This document shows positions 25,430 through 36,689 of a stretch of DNA of 44,724 nt, in pieces. The stretch is from contig NC_068984.1 of NCBI RefSeq assembly GCF_001194135.2, positions 44,932,341 to 44,977,064 of the forward strand. Direction: 5' to 3'. Position numbers and translations under genes: made by a program. The DNA comes from Octopus bimaculoides (lineage: Eukaryota). Within the stretch, counting starts at the first letter, position 1. Each line of letters opens with the position of its first letter. The notes under the pieces were generated by a model. That model did no database searches. It saw nothing but the letters and a program-made list of their open reading frames with translations, and was not told where the DNA came from.

Positions 25430-25913
25430 GTGTGTGTGTGTGTGCGTGTGTGTACATACGCACACTCACACGATATTTCCTGTTGCTAAGAAACTTTTGT
25501 CTGAAGAATCTCCAAAATTCTCCCTGCATCTTAGAACAATATTAGCCAGGTTATAGCAAAGTCTGACAATTGAGCCAAATCCTTACAACCATTCCAGTCT
25601 TATACTATAAGCCGACATTCGCAAATTTACATCTAATAAATATATCCCAAGAGGATGATTATAATACTTATTAGTTATGTAGTGTATTGATAGTAACTGG
25701 AAATACGTTTACAATGATTTGCCGGCACCAGTAAGAGAAATCTATTTGTCGTGATTAATGCACCATTGAATAGGAACAACCTGTTAGCTGACGTTTTAGT
25801 TATTTAGCTGACAATAGCATCTAAGCAAAGACAGATATAACACATACACAATTAGTTATATGCAATAAGTTGATGTGTATACCAGACGACAGTACAATCG
25901 GGTATCTGAACAA

Positions 25914-26590
25914 TAGAATGGGCCACAGTTATAAGGAAGCATAATTAGTGAATGGAGAAAACAAGGGGTGGTAACGAAATAAATAGAGAGAAAGAGAGAA
26001 CACATAGATTTCTTCGAAAAGAAGCAAGGGTACCACAACTGGAAGACGATATAAAAGTATGGGGCATCATTGAAGAATTATAGGATATACAGTCTCAACA
26101 AAGCTGATAATGTGCGAGGCAAAAGGATTATCAGAAAAGGGTAGTATATCAGTTGACTGCATCATTATCTTGGTGCAATCATTTTATCATGCCCCATAAC
26201 TTAAGCTTAAGCTTAAGATCCGGATTGCACAGAAGATTCTTGAAAAGCATGGAGCAAAAATCCTGGTTTCTCAGAACGACATCAATAAGGAAATTGAATA
26301 TGAACTAGAGCGAATAAGCAATATAAATGAAATGATGTTTATAGTTGATGTAGAGTCAAATAAATATAGATGTTCAAAAGACCGTCAATATATAAAACAA
26401 TTGGGACATGAAAAATTCGACAATACTGATGATTCTGGAATGTTGTGAAGACAGGAAGAGCCCCAACTTTTAATATTTAAACAGAAAATTAAGCCGAGGG
26501 AAATTATCCTCTCCAGTGTTCCTCGCGTGCATTGCAAGGACAAAGAGGTTTGAAAATGTTGGTGGAAAAAGAATGGTAGATGTGTCCAGG
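25914..26590 (+). mobile_element. pogo-family transposase relic (CENP-B HTH and start of DDE domain)
   Basis: Fragments RKEARVPQLEDDIKVW, GYTVSTKLIMCEAKGLSEK, SWCNHFIM, RIAQKILEKH, GHEK and LLIFKQK match the pogo/POGK-type layout; many stops. Confidence 0.7.
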
Positions 26591-27015
26591 TCTGTGGATG
26601 AGACCAAAATTATTAGAGCAGGTCATAAAACAGAAGCATGTAAAAGATATCTCGTGCAATCAAAAACTAAACAAGCGTTGTGAATTATAAACCACCTGTC
26701 GAATGTTTTATGTGAGAAGTGTGGAACAAGTATGAGGCTGTTGATAATTAAATAGCATTAAATGGAAGGTTCAAGTGCTCAGGTGTGCTAATAGGCAAAG
26801 TCATTATGGGCGAATAATACAGCAGTCGGGTATCTGAACAAAGTCGGGTATCTGAACAAAGTCGGGCATCTGACCGCTACCATTAAAAATGTGTAAAATC
26901 AGAAATGCATCAAAGACGATCTTTGCGAAGATAGAGATGACCCAGAAATACTAGTAACTGTGTCGACGGTTTAGAAGACGACAGTGATTAATGTGTTAAT
27001 AGACAATAACGCATA

Positions 27016-27046
<31 letters not shown>

Positions 27047-27276
27047 CAAACAAACACACACACATTATTTAATACATGCGGAAGTTATGGGTAAGCTACT
27101 TCAAGTTTTCTAGTCTTCGGAAAGTACAATATTCCACTGCGACTGTGTAAGCGTACTATGTACGATCTACGGTTGCCACTCATCAAATAATAAAACACCC
27201 AGATTATTTGCTGCAAAAAAAAACAGATCCTATTTTATAAACCCAGACATTAGAAAATAGGTATATAATTTATATG

Positions 27277-27530
27277 TGAAGGTGGATGGCTCAGTGGTAA
27301 GAGCGCCGAGCTTACGATCGTGAGGTTGTGAGTACGATTCCCGGACCGGGCTGTGTGTTGTATTCTTGAGCAAAGCACTTTATGACCGTTCCAGTTCACT
27401 CAGCTGTAGAAATGAGTTGCGACGTCACTGGTACCAAGGTGTATCGGCCCCTTTGCCTTTTCCTTGGATATCAGTGGCGTGGAGAGGAGAGTCAGGTATG
27501 CATGGGCTGGTCTTCCCCGGAAGGGAACCT
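27277..27530 (+). mobile_element. tRNA-headed SINE with CORE-like segment
   Basis: A-box tggctcagtggtaaga, B-box-like gagtacgattcccgg, then gtattcttgagcaaagcacttt...ccagttcactcagctgtagaaatgagt. Confidence 0.75.
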
Positions 27531-27559
27531 CTTAGTAAAAAAAAAAAATCGGAAAAATA

Positions 27560-27760
27560 ATCCAGAATCCTTGTCCGGTATCGGGTCGATCCCAAAATCT
27601 AATCAGTTCAGGCCAGTGACGAGGCCAAACATCCTTGAAGGTTTCATCCGAATCCATCCAGTGGTTCTTGAGATATCTTATCCATGGACAAACAAATAAA
27701 CAAACAAACAAAACACCACTGGAAACAATACCTCCGCCTTCGCTAAAGCGGAGGTAATAA
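27560..27760 (+). mobile_element. Helentron/DINE-1-like non-autonomous element 3' end
   Basis: gtttcatccgaatccatccagtggttcttgagatatc, an (AAAC)n microsatellite, then a 9-bp hairpin TACCTCCGC(27729-27737)/GCGGAGGTA(27748-27756) and taataa; typical DINE-1/HINE layout. Confidence 0.65.
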
Positions 27761-28064
27761 GAGAATGAAAGAATATATANNNNNNNNNNNNNNNNNNNNN
27801 NNNNNNNNNNNNNNNNNNNNNNNNNNNNNNNNNNNNNNNNNNNNNNNNNNNNNNNNNNNNNNNNNNNNNNNNNNNNNNNNNNNNNNNNNNNNNNNNNNNN
27901 NNNNNNNNNNNNNNNNNNNNNNNNNNNNNNNNNNNNNNNNNNNNNNNNNNNNNNNNNNNNNNNNNNNNNNNNNNNNNNNNNNNNNNNNNNNNNNNNNNNN
28001 ACGTGAAGAATTTCATTCTTTTTCGTTTTGAGGTTAGGATATTAACAACTTATCGGACTGGAAG

Positions 28065-28226
28065 CAGAAAAGTAGCGGCGTGGGTGAGAGGGAGGTCCGT
28101 CCCAGGCGACGCTTTTATGGGGCGGCACTTTTGGAATGTACTTTTTTGGGGGGTTGTTTATTGTATTTTTTGAGGAGAGGAGGGAGGGGGAAGCCTCGGG
28201 CGGCACACACTCTAGCTACGTCACAA
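28065..28226. mobile_element. hAT-like MITE, second copy
   Basis: gaggtccgtcccaggcgacgc and gggcggcacacactctagctacgtcac parallel the element at 1826-2010. Confidence 0.45.
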
Positions 28227-28429
28227 TGGGTCTTTTTCTGACTTGACACACATACTGTCTTGCAGCAGTTTATATGTATGCATGCATGTATGTATGTATG
28301 TATGTATGTATGTATGTNNNNNNNNNNATGTATGTATGTGTGTATGTATGTATGTATGTATGTATGTATATACATGTTTTATAATTGTATATAAATATGT
28401 GTGTATATGTATTCACATATATACGTATG

Positions 28430-28472
<43 letters not shown>

Positions 28473-29073
28473 ATATGTTTGTATATGTGCGTGTGTATCC
28501 ATGTACCTATATCTATCATTTAAACTATATAGCTGTATGTGTGTGTGCATGTGTGTGTGTGTGAGTGTGTGTGAGTGTGTGAGTGTGTGTGTGTATTTAC
28601 ACAAGACTTTATTTTTGCTTCAGATTTTTGCGCATATAAACGGTGCATGCGCATGTAGGCGTGCATGTAGGATGTATACGCATGTGTCATGCACATATAT
28701 GTATCTATGTGTCTCTGCCTGTCTGCCGTGTGTTGCAGCTTATTCATCAGAATAAGGCTTTATTGATCCAATTGATATCGGTAGAATGCATTCCTGCACA
28801 TCTAAACTGGCGTTCACGTGCTACACGTCTACAGTAGAGTTGCTACTGGCTGACTACCTGAGTGCACTTCCGGTGCAGCTACGGTAGCATCAGTGCATGA
28901 TGTTATTCAAGTGTTTGTTGACGTGTGAACGCGTCAAGTATGTTTCTTCTGGCTTGATGCATAACGATATGTGATATATGTGTGAGTAAGTGAGTGTGTG
29001 TCTGTATGCGTGTGTGTGTACATGTGTACATGTGTGTATTTGTACACACACACACATATATATAGTATAAATA

Positions 29074-29127
29074 GGGCGGTGCTCCAGCATGGCCGCAGTC
29101 AAATGACTGTAACAAGTAAAAATAAAA
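29074..29127 (+). mobile_element. Family B SINE 3' tail only
   Basis: gggcggtgctccagcatggccgcagtcaaatgactgtaacaagtaaaaataaaa. Confidence 0.8.
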
Positions 29128-29133
29128 TATATG

Positions 29134-29176
<43 letters not shown>

Positions 29177-30038
29177 ACATGTATATCCCTATCTAGAACT
29201 CTTCTTTCTCAGACTGGAACGAACACGACACAATGAAGTAGAGAAATTTGAAAAGACAACACGAAACCTTCTCAAAATACAATGTTTATATACCAAAAAG
29301 ATTTTATAACATTTTTATAACATTTTTCTAACATTTTTCTGACATAATTTAAATATATACTTTAACCATGTAACACAAGCCTTNNNNNNNNNNNNNNNNN
29401 NNNNNNNNNNNNNNNNNNNNNNNNNNNNNNNNNNNNNNNNNNNNNNNNNNNNNNNNNNNNNNNNNNNNNNNNNNNNNNNNNNNNNNNNNNNNNNNNNNNN
29501 NNNNNNNNNNNNNNNNNNNNNNNNNNNNNNNNNATATATATATATATATACATCATACATCATACATACATGCATACAAATGCCCACACATACATACAAA
29601 TGCCCATACATACATGAAAATGCCCATACATACATACATACATACACATGCACACGCAATTTCTAAAATTTGAAGCACTTGAACAATGCCTTATTTGCAA
29701 CAAATACTAAATAATTCCTGTAGAAATACGGTTTCGTTATTTATAATTTAATTACTATGTTCTTGTAATTATTTTTTAATTTGACATGTTTTTTTTTATT
29801 TATATTTGTAGTCGTTCGTTTCCATTGTTTTCCTAGTCCACAATTTCATTGCTTCGATTCGATTTATTAAAGGAAATTTAATTAATGTTTATTATTTGTC
29901 TTCTCGTCTTATATAATTATTGTCAAGTTGGCTGTCAGTGTTTAAAGCAAACATTTGTCTCTTACCAAGTAATTAAATATCTCTCTCACTCTCTCTTTAC
30001 GGTAAATGTCGACTGAAAGACAATTACAATACCTAGTT

Positions 30039-30505
30039 ATTGGCTTCAAATTTAGGCACAAGGTCAGTAAGTTCAGGGGAGTGGGTAAGACAATTACATC
30101 GACCCTAGTGCTCAGCTGGGTTATATTTCATCATATATGGATATGCTTATATAGTAGATCTGAATGGGGAATATTTATACCTTTATGCATAGTGTATTCG
30201 GATTTACAATTGTGTCTAGGTTCCTACTATTGTTCGCAAACTGTTTCAGGTGTCTTCACGTTGTAGCACATGTGTGTCCATGTATGTCCATATATTAGCT
30301 TCCATTTTTAGCACAAAACCAACAAGTTCGAAGGAGGGGTGTATGTCGATTACATCGACCCCAGTACTCAGTCGGTACTTATCTACCCCGAAAGGACGAA
30401 AGGTAAAGTCAACTCGGAGGCATTTGAGCTCAGAACGTAAAACCGGATGAAATACCGCTAAGCATGTTGCCCGGCTTGCTAACGATTCTGCCTTCTCACC
30501 ACCTT
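30039..30505 (-). mobile_element. Family A SINE copies (3' fragment 30039-30125; near full copy about 30312-30505)
   Basis: Reverse complement matches family A (gattacatcgaccccagtactc, cgaaaggacgaaaggtaaagtcaac, gctaacgattctgcc). Confidence 0.8.
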
Positions 30506-30619
30506 TGACAATCCAATTATTAATTGTCACTCACCATTTGGCAGTACAGAGCTAGCTATGGATTCTCAACGTGCTCGCTTGAAATAATAGCGAAATGCCC
30601 CTCAAAAATTGAAGCATAG

Positions 30620-30937
30620 CAATTCGGGTCGGCAACACCTGCACCAGGACAATGTACTAATCCATATTTCCATCCTGGTAACCAACTACTTGACGGAGAC
30701 GCACATCAAGACTGTCCCTTAGCTTTCCTAGAGTCCAGACTTCCCTCCCTGTGACCTTTAGCTGTTCCCTAATCCGAAGAAGAAGATGAAGGAGGCTTTG
30801 ACAAAGGCCCTGGATGCCTTCACAAAGGAAAGGAAAGTCAAAGGATCTTACTTTGAAGGATATTAGAGTTTTGTACTTCTTTGAAATTGATAAACGCCTC
30901 TCCTGAAAATGCTTCAAATCTTCTAGAATGCACCTTA
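30620..30937 (+). mobile_element. mariner 3' fragment with TIR, same family as 9771-10642
   Basis: HLHQDN, ILVTNYLTETHIKTVP, a SPD.PPCD-like segment and GSYFEGY*; terminus cttctagaatgcaccttata is the inverse of the 9769 TIR. Confidence 0.85.
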
Positions 30938-31799
30938 TAGTTCTTAAAAATAGCTTTAGATAAATTATTCAAAGAGACTCCCTGGTCACGACTGCAATGC
31001 TTTTAATCACGGTCCAGCACGTTCAGAGTTGATCAGGGGTTAAATAACAAGAATCACAAGTAAGTAGGACGATGCATCATTTAAATGGATACCCAACGAG
31101 AAAGCGTCTACCAGAAAGGCATTTTACGAAATTACCATTTATAGAACAACCCATAAACATTAGATATGAATAAGCAAGTTCAATACAGTTCTTGCTTGTC
31201 TTCCTAAATTAAACAGAAATCATTCTCCAATATCATGAAGCTGATGTGTTTATTAGTCAAGAATGTCTTCAGATCTGACCTCTATTGAACAGCTATGGCA
31301 GATCAGCAAATGGAAGCCGAATTCAGGAATTAAAAAAAATAAAACAACGAGGAATTTTAATTTTACAGCAGTTCAAGGAAACGTAGTAAAAATGACTGAG
31401 AAAACTGTCTGATTGTAAGATTAGAATGATTTTAAAACAACAGTGATATTAAAAGGATTAAAAGTTAATCATGCTAAACACACTGAGGATTAACTTTAGG
31501 AGTGGAATAAATTAATTCTACTTCCTGAAACAAATACATTAAAAATAATTTTTAAAAGATGATTGTAAAATTCGCTTCAAAATGCTCACATTTTGAAAGA
31601 CAAACAAAATTTTTTATAGGCCTTCATTTTAATCAAGGATGTACGTGTGCTTGTATGTGTGTCTGTGAAGGAATTACGGAGTATGTGGAGATTGTTTTAG
31701 TCGAGATGTGCTTGCTCTCATGCACATTTTACATAATCCAAATTAAAATGCTGCAGATTAAAGCCCTTATCTAAGTGATGTTTGTCTTAGCTATTAACC

Positions 31800-32170
31800 A
31801 CCAACTATCCCAGGGCCAATAAATATCGGCAAAATTGAGAGGTGGAACAGTAAGAAGGGTCCAAGGAAATCGTTATCACTATAAAAGAACAGCCGATAGA
31901 TCTATAAGATAGAAATAGGTGTTTTCAAAAAGGAACTAGACATCCCCCTCTCCATAATGCCAAATGAATCAACAGCCCGACATGAGGTGAAAACGAGGGC
32001 AGCAGAATCAAACTCCCTTATGCACCAAATGGGCCAACAGCTGGGACAAAAGCACATACAGGAGTAGTGGAGTGAAACGCCCCATACTGAGAAAATCAGA
32101 AAATCAAGGTAGTGCTCCAGCATGACTGCAGCCGCATGGCTGACACGAGTAAAATAATAAAAGAATAAAA
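31800..32170 (+). mobile_element. LINE 3' end (CR1/L2-like group) with tail shared with family B SINE
   Basis: GVFKKELDIPLSIMPNESTARHEVKTRAAESNSLMHQ (FK..LD..L...P....RAA.SNSL motif), stop, then gtgctccagcatgactgcagccgcatggctgacacgagtaaaataataaaaga. Confidence 0.7.
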
Positions 32171-32408
32171 GAATATATATATATATATATATATATATAC
32201 CAGAGTAAGCACATAAATGCGAAATAAGATAGAAAAAATAGTACTCGAATACAGGAAGTAGAGTAATGTGCTTTATTGATAAAGCTGCAAAAACATCAAC
32301 ACGCACACACGCACACGCACACNNNNNNNNNNNNNNNNNNNNNNNNNNNNNNNNNNNNNNNNNNNNNNNNNNNNNNNNNNNNNNNNNNNNNNNNNNNNNN
32401 TTAATAAA

Positions 32409-32461
<53 letters not shown>

Positions 32462-32659
32462 GACGCACACACACATACATACAAATATACACACGTATGT
32501 ACACAGACATTCCTTATGATTTTGCACTCTTAGGTAACCTAGTTTCCCAAAGCATTCTTGTATCCATACACAATCTTTCCGACACCAACACGCATACACA
32601 CAAACATACACGCGTATACATGGAAAACACTATACACTTTCCCTGGAAGCGTGTATTAC

Positions 32660-32692
32660 CAGAAGCCCGTCGTATATATGTACATATGTACG

Positions 32693-32742
<50 letters not shown>

Positions 32743-32945
32743 CCCCCAACATCGCTTGACAACCGATGCTGGTGTGTTTACGTCCCCGTAACATAGCGGT
32801 TCGGCAAAAGAGCCCAATAGAATAAGTACTAAGCTTACAAAGAATAAGTCCTGGGGTCGATTCGCTCTACTAAAAAAAGGCGGTGCTCCAGCATGGCCAC
32901 AGTCAAAATGACTGAAGCAAGGAAAAGAGAGTAGAAGAGAATAAG
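32660..32945 (+). mobile_element. Family B SINE, central microsatellite and 3' half
   Basis: agaagcccgtcgtatatat-(AT/GT)n-ccccccaacatcgcttgacaaccgatgctgg...ggcggtgctccagcatggccacagtcaaaatgactgaa. Confidence 0.85.
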
Positions 32946-33551
32946 AATACCTGCATGTCTACCTGTACGCGCCTGCAATTAGTGAAAAGATTCTCTTTTC
33001 ATTAGCGCGTGTGTTGACATATAAATTTATACATATATGTGTGTGTGTGTGTGTGCGTCTGTGTATGCGTGTGTGTGTGTAATTGGTAAGTGTGTGAGTG
33101 CGCGTGCGCATGTACGTATCTCCGAATCGGACCGTTGTGTTATTTGCTTCTGTTAATACTACGACGTTAATTCTTGTTTCCCTGCAATGTAGTACAATTC
33201 TCGGAGCTATCGTTGTTGCTATATCAATATGCCTTTCTTCTGCAGATTCACGTGCTGAATATCGATCCAATGCACGTGATTTATAATAAAACAAAAACAA
33301 AAAAAAAAAACATTATAAAAACGTTACATAAAATCGGTCACGAAATGTAGAAAAAAATTACCATCGTCGTTGCTGTTGCAGGCAGTTTCGTTTTTTAATA
33401 TTTGTGTGTTTCTCTATGTTGTATCTGCATGTGTGCATATATATACGAGTGCGCTAGTATATGTAGATATGTGTTTGCGTATGAGTGTGTTTGTGTGGCT
33501 CTTTATATATGTGTGTGCGTGCACATGTATGCGTGAGTGTATGTGTTCATA

Positions 33552-33773
33552 TATGAGAGGGTGCTTGGAAAGTTCCTGACTTTAAGGATGTTGCGAAAGG
33601 CCTGGTTGGAGATCCAACCTTCCGAGTTCTTTTACAGGGTTTAAAAAAACTGAAGGACCACTGCTATAAGTGAGTGAATCTGAGAGGGGAATATGTCGAA
33701 TAAAATCGTAATTAACTAATCTTCCTGTATTTTCTTTTACCCAAAGCCAGGAAATTTTCAGCACTCACTCGTA
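33552..33773 (+). mobile_element. mariner-derived MITE, copy 2
   Basis: Colinear with 13704-13912; TA-flanked TIRs. Confidence 0.85.
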
Positions 33774-33799
33774 TATATGTTATATGCCTATGAGTGTGA

Positions 33800-33830
<31 letters not shown>

Positions 33831-34095
33831 TGTGTGTGTGTGTGTGTGCATATGTGAGTGTGTGTGCGTGTGTGTATGTTTGTGCGCGCTTGCTTGTAAA
33901 TGTATGTGTATATGTATGTACCAAACAGTTACGAGGAGCACTGAAAAGCACATCTTCAAATTTTTCTTTGAAGTTAACGATTAGCTATACAACGTAATTA
34001 GTTAGTTAATTAACTAATTATGCTGTATAACTATCTGTTAAATTAAAAGAAAAAAATTTAAAGATGAAACTATCTCAGTTCTTTGTAATTATTAG

Positions 34096-34226
34096 GAATT
34101 TACACTCCCGAAAATATTCATAATTCAGGTGAACAAAGCCGGATTTACCCATCAGAAGAATTACAACGATCACTGAGGCGGTCACTACCACTTGATGCGG
34201 TTAGCCGTTACCTGGAACATACCTGA
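34096..34226 (+). CDS. Weak candidate terminal exon (GIYTPENIHNSGEQSRIYPSEELQRSLRRSLPLDAVSRYLEHT*)
   Basis: Acceptor ttctttgtaattattag|GA, then 42 open codons to TGA in a locally GC-richer unique patch. Product not recognised. Confidence 0.2.
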
Positions 34227-34384
34227 GAGCTATCACGGTAGCCGCCTTGATAATTTATCACTATATACGCTTCTTATATACGTATTTATATACATTCTCT
34301 AAATATGAAAATACTGGTCAAGCTCTATGTAACGATAGTGCCCTTAAGACTGCAACAAGGAGCTGAGAACCCAAAAGGAAGGCG

Positions 34385-34432
<48 letters not shown>

Positions 34433-34499
34433 CGTATATGTAGCGTGCGTTGAATATATTGTCGTCTAAATTTCGCAACAATGAAAATAACACTGTCAT

Positions 34500-35340
34500 C
34501 TCATTTTAAAAGATATATTTACCAACATTACATAAAAATATCTTGAAATAGTAAAGAATATATTTATTCAATAAAATCGCCATTGGCTTCAACCACGGCC
34601 TCCAGACGACTTCGGAATCTACTGCAATTCTTCTGGACGGTCTCCTTCTTTAAGTTGGTGAGTGTTGCCATAATCCTTGCCTTCAGTTCATCTTTGGTGT
34701 TACAAGGAATTTTGCTGGTCTCTCGCTCAACTGCGCCCCACACATAATAATCAAGAGGGTTGCAGTCTGGAGAGTTAGGTGGCCAGATGTTAAGGAGTGA
34801 TGTGGTCGCAGAAATTGCCTGACAGCCATGACTGGGTTCTCCTGCTTGTGTGACATGGTGCAGAGTCCTGTAGCCAGACATAGGATCTTTCAGCAGCTAA
34901 CCTCTTGACTACCTCCTCCAGGCATTTGATGTAGGCCTCTGTGTTGACTCTGAGTCCGTTTTGGAAGATGAATGTAGGCATAAAATCACCATCACTAGTG
35001 GTCACTCAAAAAACCATGATGTTGAGTGAATGTTTAATTTTTGTCAATCTCGGTACATGTCCTCAGACTGACACCCACAAACTGTTAAATGTTCGTATTG
35101 GAGCTTCCGGCGCGAATGCCAAGCAGTACAGCATGTTGTATCCAAATTTCTGGCAGAGTGAATTGCGTCATGGTGCTGTTTTTTCTCACAGATGGTGCCC
35201 AACTAGCCCTACCATACTGTGTAGTCGACAAAATAAAAAATAAACAATGCGCATGCTCGAAATTAACAATATAAAATGGTGACAATTTAACCAACTCCGG
35301 CTTATGTCTACCTCAGGTTACGAAGTTTGGAAAATATGAA
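34500..35340 (-). mobile_element. Tc1/mariner-superfamily element, maT/DD37D-like, degraded
   Basis: YVWLQDSAPCHTSRRTQSWL and IWPPNSPDCNPLDYYVWGAVERETSK...CSRFRSRLEAVVEANGDFIE*. The D-D spacing was not counted because of frameshifts. Boundaries approximate. Confidence 0.85.
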
Positions 35341-35478
35341 TACTAATTTCGGGGTACGGTCGTTAATTTAGTCCTTACTGAAACACGGATATATATATAT
35401 TTTTTTTGAAGTTCAAAAAACCTTACAAAAGGACCCTTCTTGGTAGTTTAGCTGCCAATCTAGCTTTACGTCAGTGTG

Positions 35479-35517
<39 letters not shown>

Positions 35518-35649
35518 ATTCGTGTGTCTATGGAAGAAATTGTGCTTCTGCCAGCGTAAACACTTACGGAATGCGGAGTGGAATTTTTATCTGTGACTAT
35601 TCGTGTACTGGAGTCTATTTTCTTAGATGATAAGCCGCGATTCTCTCTG

Positions 35650-35774
<125 letters not shown>

Positions 35775-35849
35775 TTGTAGTGGATAGTTATTAACTGTCG
35801 CGTTGTTGGATTTATCTACAATTCAAGCAGTCTGGAAAGAAACCATCAA

Positions 35850-36666
35850 ATGTTAGTGAGGACATAAGTACGTAAAATTTGTAAAGAAATTGCCCTGGAT
35901 AAAAACTTCATGTTTTAAAAGTGTTTGATGTTGGTGAAAAATTCAGCCATATTGTCAAAACATTAAAGCTTGCAATGTTTACAATACGTGACAATATGTA
36001 ACTATAGAGAAAAATTAAAGTCAGATCCTCAAGAACAACTCCGTTAACTGCTCGGATCTTGTTTAAATGGATCTAATGTAATGCTAAAAAAAGGAACAAT
36101 TGTTGACTGGATCGAGAACCAGACTTGTCATAAATGTGCCGATAAATACAACAGCTATTAAAAAAGGGGGGGGGGAAGGTTAAGTGTTTCTATAACGATT
36201 TGCAAAATCAGAAGTAGAAACGCCTAATGAAAAATCTTTAAAAGTTTCAGATGCAATTGAATTTGGATGCTGAGGATAATATAGCCGAGTCATGGGATGA
36301 AAGTGAAATCTTCCACTTTGAATAGTGCTTGGAAAATCATGTGAGCAGATGTATCTATGACTTTACAAGTTTTTCATAATCCTAAAGTCTGCATCGAATT
36401 TGGAAAGTTATTGTGACATGCAAATGATGTCGGGTTTGAAGAAGTTATAGAAGAGTACGTATTTGAGTTGCTAGTGCCCCGTAGAGAAAGTTTGTCTTGC
36501 GAAGAGCTGATGGTGCTAGAACAAGAGCAAGCTGAGAATATGGATGAGAACACAGATGAAATTCCACCAAATACTTTTAAATTGACTGCAGATTTTAATG
36601 TCTATGGAGTAAATTTCCTCTCCAGACGAGTAAAGTATTCCAAATGTTGGTATCAGCACTGGTACT
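35850..36666 (+). mobile_element. Tigger/pogo transposase 3' relic
   Basis: NIAESWDE / VKSSTLNSAWK and DVGFEEVIEEYVFELLVPRRESLSCEELMVLEQE match Tigger C-terminal motifs. Confidence 0.7.
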
Positions 36667-36689
36667 GAAAATGAACAGTGAAATATCTT

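Noticed and set aside
29213-29309. Candidate exon LERTRHNEVEKFEKTTRNLLKIQCLYTKKIL* with a good acceptor
   Set aside because: Equally explained as an R4-like LINE fragment (cf. WT..ELEK.DRKTRKLL); no donor or other support.
34212-34265. Two strong minus-strand donors (cag|gtatgt, cag|gtaacg) with peptide INYQGGYRDSSQ
   Set aside because: Upstream acceptor is weak and longer frames are closed.
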